A stretch of 64,000 nucleotides of DNA, taken from positions 32,001 to 96,000 of the IMG/VR virus record IMGVR_UViG_3300023210_000015; one strand, 5' to 3'. The notes beneath the pieces are model-generated. The model saw only the letters and a program-made list of their open reading frames with translations, was not told the origin of the DNA and ran no database searches. Position numbers and translations under genes: made by a program. The DNA is from a virus. Of the stretch, positions 54,718-63,553 are shown piece after piece (the stretch's first letter is position 1; every line of letters starts with the position of its first letter).

Positions 54718-55524
54718 ATGATAACTTTAGATGACAAAACAATTTATATCGTATCTGATTTACACATGGGAAACGGATCAAAAGCTGACAGTTTCGCACC
54801 ATATGCAAAAATCTTTAATGATTTTTTAGACATGGTAGACCAAGACCCTAATGGAATCCTTATTATCGCAGGTGATGTCTTCGAGTTATGGCAATTCAGT
54901 AGCGGAAATATATTCAAAACATATTTTGATTTGATCAAACGACTTATTAATATGAATACGATTTTCATCATTGGCAATCATGACATAGATTTGTTTGGGT
55001 TTATTGATTCTCCATTAAAATTATCTTTTTTAGATCAATTAAAGAATGATGTTCAGATTGAACGTGGTGGACAAAAAATAAAAATAATTCATGGTCATGA
55101 GTTTGATATCTTCAACAATCCTTCTAAATCACTGTTCATGGGAAGAATAGTCACATTGCTTGTTGGAGAATATGAGAAGAACAATCAAGACTTTGACAAA
55201 TGGGCAGAAAAGTATTTAGAGCCGTTCTTTAGGAAACTTTCTTTGTTCGCTATGAATTTTTATAGTAGATTTTTTGGGAAAAGTCAGTCACAGGTCGAAG
55301 GAAAATTGTCAAAGATACTGGAGAAATATCACAAAAATAATCCTAATGAATTTATCGTGTCTGGTCATACTCATTATCCCGGATGGTTTGGTGATTGGTA
55401 TGTAAATACTGGTTCATGGGAGAGGAAAGATAATCCTCACTACGTTAAGATTACACCAGATGGGTCTGTAACGCTCTATAAATACCCAGAAAATACGATA
55501 GTGACTAAACAGTACAACTCTTAG
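54718..55524 (+). CDS. Calcineurin-like metallophosphoesterase (LpxH-like)
   Basis: SDLH, AGDVFELW, GNHD, HGH, GHTH, NTGSW. Confidence 0.9.
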   Translation: MITLDDKTIYIVSDLHMGNGSKADSFAPYAKIFNDFLDMVDQDPNGILIIAGDVFELWQFSSGNIFKTYFDLIKRLINMNTIFIIGNHDIDLFGFIDSPLKLSFLDQLKNDVQIERGGQKIKIIHGHEFDIFNNPSKSLFMGRIVTLLVGEYEKNNQDFDKWAEKYLEPFFRKLSLFAMNFYSRFFGKSQSQVEGKLSKILEKYHKNNPNEFIVSGHTHYPGWFGDWYVNTGSWERKDNPHYVKITPDGSVTLYKYPENTIVTKQYNS

Positions 55525-56608
55525 GCAAAAGGTCTTCGATCCTCTTGCCCTTTTCTGCCAAAAACTGGCTGAATGTCTTTTTCTTGAAGTCTTTAGCCAT
55601 TAACCAATAATATCTGAATTCTCTAGCTAAGTCTGCTGTCCATTTCTCAGATACAAATATTTTATTATCTAGAGCATTTAATGGTTTAAATATCTGTGGA
55701 TATGGTCTAACGCCTAATTCTCTAACTTCTGTTGCTCTATACATTGCTTCATCAAAATCATCTTGGAAATTAAATAACACAAATACCATAAATGCGTACT
55801 TGGGAACACCTAATTTTCTCAATTTCTTAATAGCATCTTGTAAATACCCGTCTTCTGTCATATTATCGAACGCAAGACGCAATCCATTCTCTTGCCATCT
55901 AATCTTAGACAGCATCTCTATCTTTTCATCGTCCAGCAAACGAACATCAAATCCATTGTGGAAGCACGTAATTAGGCGTTTTTCGGCCAAAAAGTTGACA
56001 ACCTCTTTGAAGTGTTCTTTTGGCATCGCTGTTAAGTTGTTGTCATAAACCATAATGTGCTTTTTATCATAATCAATTAGGTCTTTCCAATTTTCTATAA
56101 TTTCAGTTCTTGGCTCTAACCTCTTAACTGCACAGAATTTACAGCTTCTTGGGCATCCTCTTGTAGTGAATATCATACTAAAATTTTCCCATCTTTGTAT
56201 TTTAGGAGAGTATTTGATGAATTCCTCATAAAGAGAGTAATCAGGTTTTATCTTATCTAGATTGCTAGAAAAGCCTATAAATGGTTTTATTCCTGTTTTT
56301 TCTTCTATATAATCTGGCATAAGAGTAGCAAAAATCCCACCAACCAGTATTTTAGCATCTTGAAAGTTGTCTTTATAATAATTAATACATTCAATGGTTC
56401 TAGCTGATTGGTAAGTAAATAACGTGGATATGTAGATAATATCTGGTTTATACAGATCATCTCCAAACATATCATTGCTAGTGGAGGGTAATAACCCTTT
56501 GACGTAATGAACTTGATGGCCTTTTTTCTTATGTCTAGCCGATATTTTCATTAGAGCCAGATTTGGATATGTCAACGGAATGTTCGGTTCTACTAATAAA
56601 ATGTTCAT
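55505..56608 (-). CDS. Radical SAM protein with a B12-binding-like N-terminus
   Basis: YPNLALMKIS, VGGIFATL, TTRGCPRSCKFC. Confidence 0.88.
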   Translation of the reverse strand: MNILLVEPNIPLTYPNLALMKISARHKKKGHQVHYVKGLLPSTSNDMFGDDLYKPDIIYISTLFTYQSARTIECINYYKDNFQDAKILVGGIFATLMPDYIEEKTGIKPFIGFSSNLDKIKPDYSLYEEFIKYSPKIQRWENFSMIFTTRGCPRSCKFCAVKRLEPRTEIIENWKDLIDYDKKHIMVYDNNLTAMPKEHFKEVVNFLAEKRLITCFHNGFDVRLLDDEKIEMLSKIRWQENGLRLAFDNMTEDGYLQDAIKKLRKLGVPKYAFMVFVLFNFQDDFDEAMYRATEVRELGVRPYPQIFKPLNALDNKIFVSEKWTADLAREFRYYWLMAKDFKKKTFSQFLAEKGKRIEDLLPKSCTV

Positions 56609-56665
56609 ATTTTTTTATCGGAACAAGTGAAGGAAAGAGAGGAGATAATTCGTAAGTATAGAAGT

Positions 56666-58777
56666 ATGGAGAATTTGTTTAAATTGGGTCAAGACATGCC
56701 GATAGAGCCTGCGCCCCAAGAAGGCGAAGTGCAACCTGTACAGCCTCAAATGGCTGGAGAATTAATCACATATGTTAACCATGGTAGAGCGGGTCTGTAT
56801 TTGGCTGTTGAAATCAAAACCCAAGACCCCGAAGCCAAACAAGGCATTGTCACTAAATTAACGGTTGGATCAGATTATAGAGAATTTAGGGGCAAATTTA
56901 CCAAATTAATAACAGAAGAAAATATTAATACAGTACAATCGAATTTGGAAGAAGCGGCAGCAGCATATAATTTCACACTTGATCTTAGTGGATTACAATA
57001 TGCCAGAGATACCCTATCGGCTGGCGAAATAGATACTTCATCTCTCGTGGTGGCTGGCGATGTCGATGCGACACTCAAAAATATGCAGGAAAAACTGAGA
57101 GACGCAATTAGAAAAACGCCAGGAGATAAGCGTACTAAGATGATTTCTGGCCTTATTGACCAGCAATTAGAAACTCTTGAAAAAGCTGTTGATGACGAAA
57201 CCAAATGGGAATTTTTGAAATCATTCTTGGCTCTTTCTCAAAGATTGTACAGATATAGTTTTGGCAACCAAATGCTTATTTGGTGGCAGACTGGCGGAAA
57301 AGCTGTTGATGTACAAGCGTTTAAAAAATGGAAACAATTGGGTAGATATGTTAAAAAAGGAGCAACTGGAATTTCGATTTGGGTTCCTCTTAAAATAGAT
57401 GCCAAAGATGCGTCGGGCAAAGTCATTATGGACCCCGCCACAAAAGCCCCTAAAAAGAAATTAATCTTTGTAATCAAACCAGTTTTTGACATTGGGGATA
57501 CGGCCAAATTCGAAGGCAAACAATTGGAGCGATGGAAGAAACAACATCCAGATGAAGAACCTTACGAAAGACCTCCTCGTGATGTTTGGATGAGCAAACA
57601 AAATGAAGATACAGACACTACGGTTACACTTAGGGCTGCATTATTGTCGTGGATTGGGAAATTCGCCACAGATAAAGATTCTCCATATGCTGGCAGAAAA
57701 ATTGATATCAACTTACATGCCGACACAGGGACTGCTGGCGGATGGTCTGCTGGTGGTAGGATTGAAATTGATAAAACCTCTGGTGGAGAAAGACAGCTAT
57801 CTGCACTAATTCATGAACTTGCACACGAAGTTTTGCATTGGCAAGTTGATGGAACAAAATCAAAAGAAAAATATACAAAGAAACAGGTCGAAAGCGATGC
57901 AGAAGCTACGGCATTTATCGTTATGAATGCATGGGGATTCAAATCTATTGAATATGTTGGAGCGTATATGAAATTATTGCGTATCGGTTCTAACCTGTTG
58001 AGAAGCAGAAGAAACATTGTTAATAAGGTTTCTCAAAACATTATAGAGGGCATGTGGAACGAAGTGCAGGCTATGAAGAATCAGGGTGATAACGTAGAAG
58101 CTAACTGGTATCATGATATAAAAATAGCAAAAATATTAGATTCTTTATTGAGTCCGATTAGTTCTATTGAAGCTAAAGTGTCTCATCCAAAGATGCTTAA
58201 AACCGCTTCTACGAAAGAGGCTAGAAGCAATATGGACCTTCCTGATGGTAAAACTGATAAAAAGATTTTTCAAAGAAAAAGTGACGCTCAAGCTTCTAAT
58301 CAACATGGAAAATATTGTACCGTTTTTGATGTGCAACGTTATGTAATGGATAGTTATATGTCCAAGGTCGCTCTTTCACAGACTAATGACAAGTTAACGG
58401 TATCTATTACTGTTGCTCACGGCTTCTTGGGTACAATTACATGGGATGAGTATTGGTACTATAATCTTGATGAAATGGATCAGGCACAAAAAACTTACAA
58501 AGCAGTAAACAAGATATTGAAAGATACGATGGAGCAGTTCGTTGATGAAGAAATACCTACACCAATGTTTTGGGCTTTCTTGAAAAAGAAAACAGATGAT
58601 GTCGATCCTGATGGAAGACAGCGCATCAATATACCTGTTCTTAATTATGCTCGACAATATTCGGATTTACACAACCCTGACTGGCGTAGTAATTTGTATG
58701 GCACAAGATATCCAACTCACAAAGAAGAATCTTATCGTCAATACTTAAACAGTCATGGACCGAATAGCCCAAAATGA
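56666..58777 (+). CDS. ArdC-like ssDNA-binding domain + HExxH metallopeptidase + C-terminal domain (polyvalent-type protein)
   Basis: YSFGNQMLI..FKKWKQLGRYVKKG..I.IWVP..PVFDI; LIHELAHEVLH..ESDAEATAF. Confidence 0.8.
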   Translation: MENLFKLGQDMPIEPAPQEGEVQPVQPQMAGELITYVNHGRAGLYLAVEIKTQDPEAKQGIVTKLTVGSDYREFRGKFTKLITEENINTVQSNLEEAAAAYNFTLDLSGLQYARDTLSAGEIDTSSLVVAGDVDATLKNMQEKLRDAIRKTPGDKRTKMISGLIDQQLETLEKAVDDETKWEFLKSFLALSQRLYRYSFGNQMLIWWQTGGKAVDVQAFKKWKQLGRYVKKGATGISIWVPLKIDAKDASGKVIMDPATKAPKKKLIFVIKPVFDIGDTAKFEGKQLERWKKQHPDEEPYERPPRDVWMSKQNEDTDTTVTLRAALLSWIGKFATDKDSPYAGRKIDINLHADTGTAGGWSAGGRIEIDKTSGGERQLSALIHELAHEVLHWQVDGTKSKEKYTKKQVESDAEATAFIVMNAWGFKSIEYVGAYMKLLRIGSNLLRSRRNIVNKVSQNIIEGMWNEVQAMKNQGDNVEANWYHDIKIAKILDSLLSPISSIEAKVSHPKMLKTASTKEARSNMDLPDGKTDKKIFQRKSDAQASNQHGKYCTVFDVQRYVMDSYMSKVALSQTNDKLTVSITVAHGFLGTITWDEYWYYNLDEMDQAQKTYKAVNKILKDTMEQFVDEEIPTPMFWAFLKKKTDDVDPDGRQRINIPVLNYARQYSDLHNPDWRSNLYGTRYPTHKEESYRQYLNSHGPNSPK

Positions 58778-59157
58778 ACTGGTATACTTTAATAAAATCC
58801 GCCGCCCCAATAGGGCCAAACATGCAAGGTCTAGGTTATCTCGCTATTGGTCATGATTTCGATGTAGGAATCGAAAATCATTTATGGTTTTTAACTCTCG
58901 ATGGAGATTTTATTTCTAAATTATCTACAGGGCCATATGATGTACACGCTGGATGGGACAAGTGGGTGAGAAATGATAATCTAGGGACTATTGTTTCGGA
59001 AGGAAGAGTCGAGTGTGTAAAGGGGCAAAATGGATGTAAAGCTTCTTTGGTTCTTCGTCAAACTTTAACTCCACACTATAAAGAATTTGCTAGAAAAAAA
59101 TCCTCTAAGATGCTGGATGAGAAGTTCAATAACCCGGAAATATTAGTGATGAGATGA
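58774..59157 (+). CDS. Hypothetical protein with MNWYTLIKSA leader
   Basis: ATGA-coupled ORF. Confidence 0.7.
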   Translation: MNWYTLIKSAAPIGPNMQGLGYLAIGHDFDVGIENHLWFLTLDGDFISKLSTGPYDVHAGWDKWVRNDNLGTIVSEGRVECVKGQNGCKASLVLRQTLTPHYKEFARKKSSKMLDEKFNNPEILVMR

Positions 59158-61784
59158 ATTGGTATAAAACAATTTTTGCTGGGGCACAAGGAGATTATCT
59201 TCATTCGCTAGGAGCGAGTCAAGAAATCATAGCTTATATTGTTTCTCAACCAAACATGCAATATCTCATTAATGCTTTTCGCAAGAATCCGCAGATGACA
59301 TTAGAGCAAGTTAAAGAAATTAGCAATCCTAATAAAAGAGAATTAACAGAACTAGAATCTACGTTTATCGATACTTGTTGGGCCAATTCAGGGGTAGGAA
59401 AATGGGCGTTAATACAACTACAAAAAATGTTTAGGACCGCTGAACGTACAGGTCAATCATTTTATCCTGATGTTTCGACAGCAATAGCTTACCGTTTAAC
59501 TCTACAACATACTTGTGGCAGAATGAACGAAGTCGGACAACAGTTCGCACAAATTGGAGACTGGGTTGTTCGTAGTGAAGACGAGTTCGATCTGTTAAAT
59601 TATACCTATGAACAAGCCGTAGTCGCTTCTGATGCTTGGCATGAGCGAATGGCAAAAGGAGGAGCAGGAAAAGAATATGAAGAAAAAAATATTGTCTATG
59701 GACCAGAGTGGGTAAATAGGGGAGGGGATAAGATCGACGAATTTGAAGGTTGGACCATACAAAATGTTAAAACTGCAAATGATTTAGAAGTAGAGGGACA
59801 TTTGATGGATCACTGTTTTGCACCAGGGGCATTGGTAAGGACCAAGAGCGGATATAAGTCGATAGAAGACATCAAAACCGGGGAAGAAGTGCTATGTGAA
59901 GGGGGTGGTTTCAACCGGGTATTGAGACTGTTCAAAAATCAATATAATGGGCCAATGATTAAATTTGCAACAAGGTTTGGCATCAAGGAAACATTGGTTA
60001 CTTTAAATCATGAATTTGTGACCATGATAAAAAACCAGAAACATTTTGAAAGTAAACACCAGTGTCGTAAACACATATGCGGACAGGTAAAACACAATTC
60101 AAACGAAATACATAATTTAAAGTGGGAAAAAATTGGCAATTTAAATTCATGGAGCTATTTACTGTCAACTGTTCCAAGGCAATTTGCTGATATCAATACT
60201 GTTAAAGTACCAGAGCAATATACAAATAGTAGAAGAAGAGGAAACAGGATATATACTGTGAATTCTGATTTTTTATGGATAATCGGCATGTTTATAGCAG
60301 AAGGGAGCGCTACTGGTGATCAAATTTCTTTTGGGCTTTCCAAGGATGAACGAAATTATGTAGATAAAATAATGTCATTCTTTACTGATAACGGATTTTA
60401 TGCTAAAATTAGAAAAGATAAAGAAGACTATGGTGGTATGGTTGTTGTTATAAGGAGTAGAATGCTTTCTGACTGGTTTTCAAATTGGCTAGGTAAAGGG
60501 TGCGATAATAAACATATCCCATCTGAGTTATTAAATCTCCCGAATGAGAAGGTGTATCACTTATATAAGGGGGTACTAGATGGAGATGGCTGTGAATCTC
60601 ATAAGGTTTTAAATCAAACTTCGCCTGTTCTTGCTCTTCAGATGACAGAAATTGGTCTTCGACTGGGAATCGTGCCGACAATTTCTCATCGCACTAATAA
60701 GGGTAAAAAAGATACATATCCTATTGAGGGAATAGACACATCTTTAAGTTACAAAAAAAGTAAAGTTGAGAAACAAAATATATGGAACTTAGATAATAAC
60801 CTGTTAATCCATCCACACGTATTCGAAAAGGTAAAATATACTGGTCCTGTGTATAATTTAGAGGTAGAAAACGTTCATTCCTACACGATACAAAACATAT
60901 TAGTCCATAATTGTGTCGGTGGTTATTGTGATGATGTAGAACGTGGAGACTCAATAATATATTCATTGCGTGATCCTAAAAATATGCCTCATGTAACTAT
61001 AGAGGTTGATGGTCATGAGGGCGGCGTAAATCAGGTGCAGGGTCACAGCAACAGTGAACCAAAAGATAAATATAAAGACATGATCAAACACTGGATTCAA
61101 AATGATAAAAATTCTCCTAAATTTATGGATGATCCGGAAGAAGGTATACTTAAAGGATATTGGGAGTTAAGAAACTTAAGAGATATGAGTCCAAGATTGT
61201 TATTGGAATCCCTAGAGAGCCGTGTCGCTGGAGGAGATGAATATGGTCTGAGGCATGGTGATATTTATTATGATATGACAAATGTATTTGATCTTGCCTG
61301 GCGTTCTGTTGGAAAAAATGCACAGTATGGCATGTATGCTGGCGATGGCGGTCTTGGTGAATTTATGGTTGAGGCTGCTTTAGATAGTGACGATTTATCT
61401 AAAGAAGATGATAATAAAAAATGTCTTCGTAGTCTTATTGACGAGATGACACAGGTGGAAGAAGATTCCAGAGACGAGTATCAACGACAGCATATAGATG
61501 TCGGTATTCCATATCCGCAAGAAGAAGAATATGAAAACCCGGCAGAATATGAAGAAGCTTTGGAAGATTATCAAAAACAAGAGGATGAATTATTAAGTGG
61601 GATGTTCCCTTTTCCTTGGGTAACATTGCTTTGGCAAAAAATTCAAGAAAAATTTCAACAAAGATATGATCAAGATTTTACCAAATGGTATGAAGAGTAC
61701 CAAGAACGAAGAAGAGAAGAGATGAAAGAACGAGAGAGACTGCGTGAACTAAACCGTGAACCAAAAACGATATTGGATGATTGA
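59154..61784 (+). CDS. PcfJ-like domain protein with intein and MNWY leader
   Basis: Spliced sequence LEVEGHLMDH|CVGGY..G.SIIYSLRD..PHVTIEV..QVQG.SN. Confidence 0.78.
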   Translation: MNWYKTIFAGAQGDYLHSLGASQEIIAYIVSQPNMQYLINAFRKNPQMTLEQVKEISNPNKRELTELESTFIDTCWANSGVGKWALIQLQKMFRTAERTGQSFYPDVSTAIAYRLTLQHTCGRMNEVGQQFAQIGDWVVRSEDEFDLLNYTYEQAVVASDAWHERMAKGGAGKEYEEKNIVYGPEWVNRGGDKIDEFEGWTIQNVKTANDLEVEGHLMDHCFAPGALVRTKSGYKSIEDIKTGEEVLCEGGGFNRVLRLFKNQYNGPMIKFATRFGIKETLVTLNHEFVTMIKNQKHFESKHQCRKHICGQVKHNSNEIHNLKWEKIGNLNSWSYLLSTVPRQFADINTVKVPEQYTNSRRRGNRIYTVNSDFLWIIGMFIAEGSATGDQISFGLSKDERNYVDKIMSFFTDNGFYAKIRKDKEDYGGMVVVIRSRMLSDWFSNWLGKGCDNKHIPSELLNLPNEKVYHLYKGVLDGDGCESHKVLNQTSPVLALQMTEIGLRLGIVPTISHRTNKGKKDTYPIEGIDTSLSYKKSKVEKQNIWNLDNNLLIHPHVFEKVKYTGPVYNLEVENVHSYTIQNILVHNCVGGYCDDVERGDSIIYSLRDPKNMPHVTIEVDGHEGGVNQVQGHSNSEPKDKYKDMIKHWIQNDKNSPKFMDDPEEGILKGYWELRNLRDMSPRLLLESLESRVAGGDEYGLRHGDIYYDMTNVFDLAWRSVGKNAQYGMYAGDGGLGEFMVEAALDSDDLSKEDDNKKCLRSLIDEMTQVEEDSRDEYQRQHIDVGIPYPQEEEYENPAEYEEALEDYQKQEDELLSGMFPFPWVTLLWQKIQEKFQQRYDQDFTKWYEEYQERRREEMKERERLRELNREPKTILDD
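59814..60911 (+). mobile_element. Intein with LAGLIDADG endonuclease in the PcfJ-like gene
   Basis: C1 CFAPGALV, VTLNHEF, IIGMFIAEG and YKGVLDGDG, VYNLEV..VHN followed by C+1. Confidence 0.92.
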
Positions 61785-61847
61785 ATTTAAACCGAATAAA
61801 TAGGAACGAGGAAGAGAGTCGTTCTTTTCCAGAAAGGAGTCGTTCCT

Positions 61848-62312
61848 ATGGAAACAAGTAAATTGTACCCAGTTTTACTCACACTTCTAGATATTTGCAA
61901 AGAACGTAAAGGAAGAATGGACAAATCTCATTATACAGGCATTGCTTTAGCTAAAGAATTTTGCACAATAGAATTAAAGGCGTGTAGAGGAGCAGGACAT
62001 ACATTGGCTATTATCAATTTAGTACAAAGTAGATTTGACAAATCTATTATAATGGTCCCCTCAGAAAATCAAAAACACACATTGATTAGTTCTCTAGAAT
62101 ATTATGGTGTACCTGAAGATAGATATAGCATTTCGTGTGTTGGAAGTGGCAAATGTCGACAGGTCATGATGAGGGGCGTTGACTATAGCATGATTGATGC
62201 CGTACTCTGGGATTGTGCCTATACATTGACCAATAAAGACAAAGATAATATGTATGCTGCTATATTGCCTTCTTGTGGAAGGAGTATACCTTATTTTATT
62301 TTTTTAGAATAG
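61848..62312 (+). CDS. Degenerate terminase-ATPase-like domain
   Basis: ACRGAGHT (Walker A K>H), IIMVPSENQKH, MRG..AVLWDCA (Walker B E>C). Confidence 0.6.
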   Translation: METSKLYPVLLTLLDICKERKGRMDKSHYTGIALAKEFCTIELKACRGAGHTLAIINLVQSRFDKSIIMVPSENQKHTLISSLEYYGVPEDRYSISCVGSGKCRQVMMRGVDYSMIDAVLWDCAYTLTNKDKDNMYAAILPSCGRSIPYFIFLE

Positions 62313-62326
62313 AACTATAATGTAGT

Positions 62327-63046
62327 ATGGAACGTAAGAGTTTTTGTTTGGCAGAATTAATGATAGCCATTGGGATAATGGCTATTGGTCTGATAATGGC
62401 AGCAACTTTGTTTCCCGCTGCGATACGAGAACATAGCAGATCAGCGAGAAGCGTCATGGGGACAATTATCTCTGAAAATGCCTTAGAAACTGTTATGGCT
62501 ACTCTAAAGCACCCTCTACAAGATAACAGTGGTACAATTGTCGAAGCGGATATGCTTAATTGTACGGAAAAAGTTCAACCACCTGAAGTTAGGAGATATC
62601 CAGCCGGTAGTGCGGATACAAAATTTGGTTTTCTCGTTTTCGCCAGAGTAAAGACCGAAGATAAAAACGACTATATCTTATCAATGGTTTCTTTTTGCAA
62701 ATCAGACAAAGATAATACTATTGAGGCGATAAAATTGACAGGTGTTACCATACCGTCAGGTGATAAAACTTTTGATATTAGTGGTTATGTGCCATCGGTT
62801 GGAGATAGATATAGAATTATTGGTTCGCCAGTAATAGCCCCCAGTGGTTATTACGCCACGATTATAGGCATTGATGGAGATAATGCTGTGTTAGATCATA
62901 CGATTATAGGCGTTGATTCTGTTAATCCGTGGATTATTGTAGAAAAAAGTGGGGCTGCTTTTGCTGGCACTCGCAGTCCTGCTCTGATCGTATTTATGAC
63001 ACGTATGGCTTTGCCAACACGCCCAGCAGAGAAAGTGCCTGCATAA
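62327..63046 (+). CDS. Type IV pilin/pseudopilin-like protein
   Basis: Class III signal-like RKS|FCLAELMIAIGIMAIGLIMAATLFP with Glu5. Confidence 0.75.
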   Translation: MERKSFCLAELMIAIGIMAIGLIMAATLFPAAIREHSRSARSVMGTIISENALETVMATLKHPLQDNSGTIVEADMLNCTEKVQPPEVRRYPAGSADTKFGFLVFARVKTEDKNDYILSMVSFCKSDKDNTIEAIKLTGVTIPSGDKTFDISGYVPSVGDRYRIIGSPVIAPSGYYATIIGIDGDNAVLDHTIIGVDSVNPWIIVEKSGAAFAGTRSPALIVFMTRMALPTRPAEKVPA

Positions 63047-63049
63047 ACA

Positions 63050-63450
63050 TTTCTAAGACGGTGCTAAAGTCCCGTGTATCCTCGGGACCAATTAGCAGCT
63101 TGTCGTCTAGCGAAAAGGCGATGTCGCGTGGTGTGTATCCTCGCCACAAAAAATGGATTCAGTGGCCCTAGACTAGACTGGGGCAAACCATGTATAAACT
63201 ATGCAGATTACTCAATTACATGTATAGGCAGGAGAGAGACGCACCGGCTTGACTACTTCCCCGGTGTTATCGTTTGAATCCTGACGCTGCGATTGGAACT
63301 CGTTGGAGATAACAGCGTTAACAAATGAAAACTACCCGTATGGGATAATATCGTTGATATAGAGCTTTAAGCACAATGTCTTCTATATTATTGCTCCAGT
63401 AGTGAAGCCCACAATATACCATTGAGGCATCACGCTTCCTTGCTTACTTT
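63050..63450 (+). ncRNA. Putative structured non-coding RNA
   Basis: At least 7 stems with G.U pairs on the + strand; two hairpins have different stems but the identical loop TGTATCCT. Confidence 0.55.
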
Positions 63451-63553
63451 ATTGTTTTTTAAAGTAAAAACTTGGAAGTAGATGTGCGCCAACAATGCCC
63501 ATTTCGGCATATATCTCTAAAGGAGAAATTTATAATTCGGCGAAAATAATACT

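Noticed and set aside
3136-61626. Numerous 60-200 aa antisense or alternate-frame ORFs (for example 17228-17608, 35585-36100, 37571-38107, 43932-44522)
   Set aside because: They are shadows of strongly biased real genes, with no RBS or recognisable motifs.
63060-63255. RNase P-like words (AAAGTCC, GGCAAACC, CCGGCTT), or a c-di-GMP riboswitch or omegaRNA
   Set aside because: GAGGAAAGUCC is missing, P4 pairing is imperfect, the GCAAAG partner is absent and there is no adjacent IscB/TnpB. Left as an unclassified RNA.
63305-63365. tmRNA-like tag frame (ALTNENYPYGIISLI)
   Set aside because: No tRNA-like acceptor or T arms, no CCA end and no Ala-Ala terminus.
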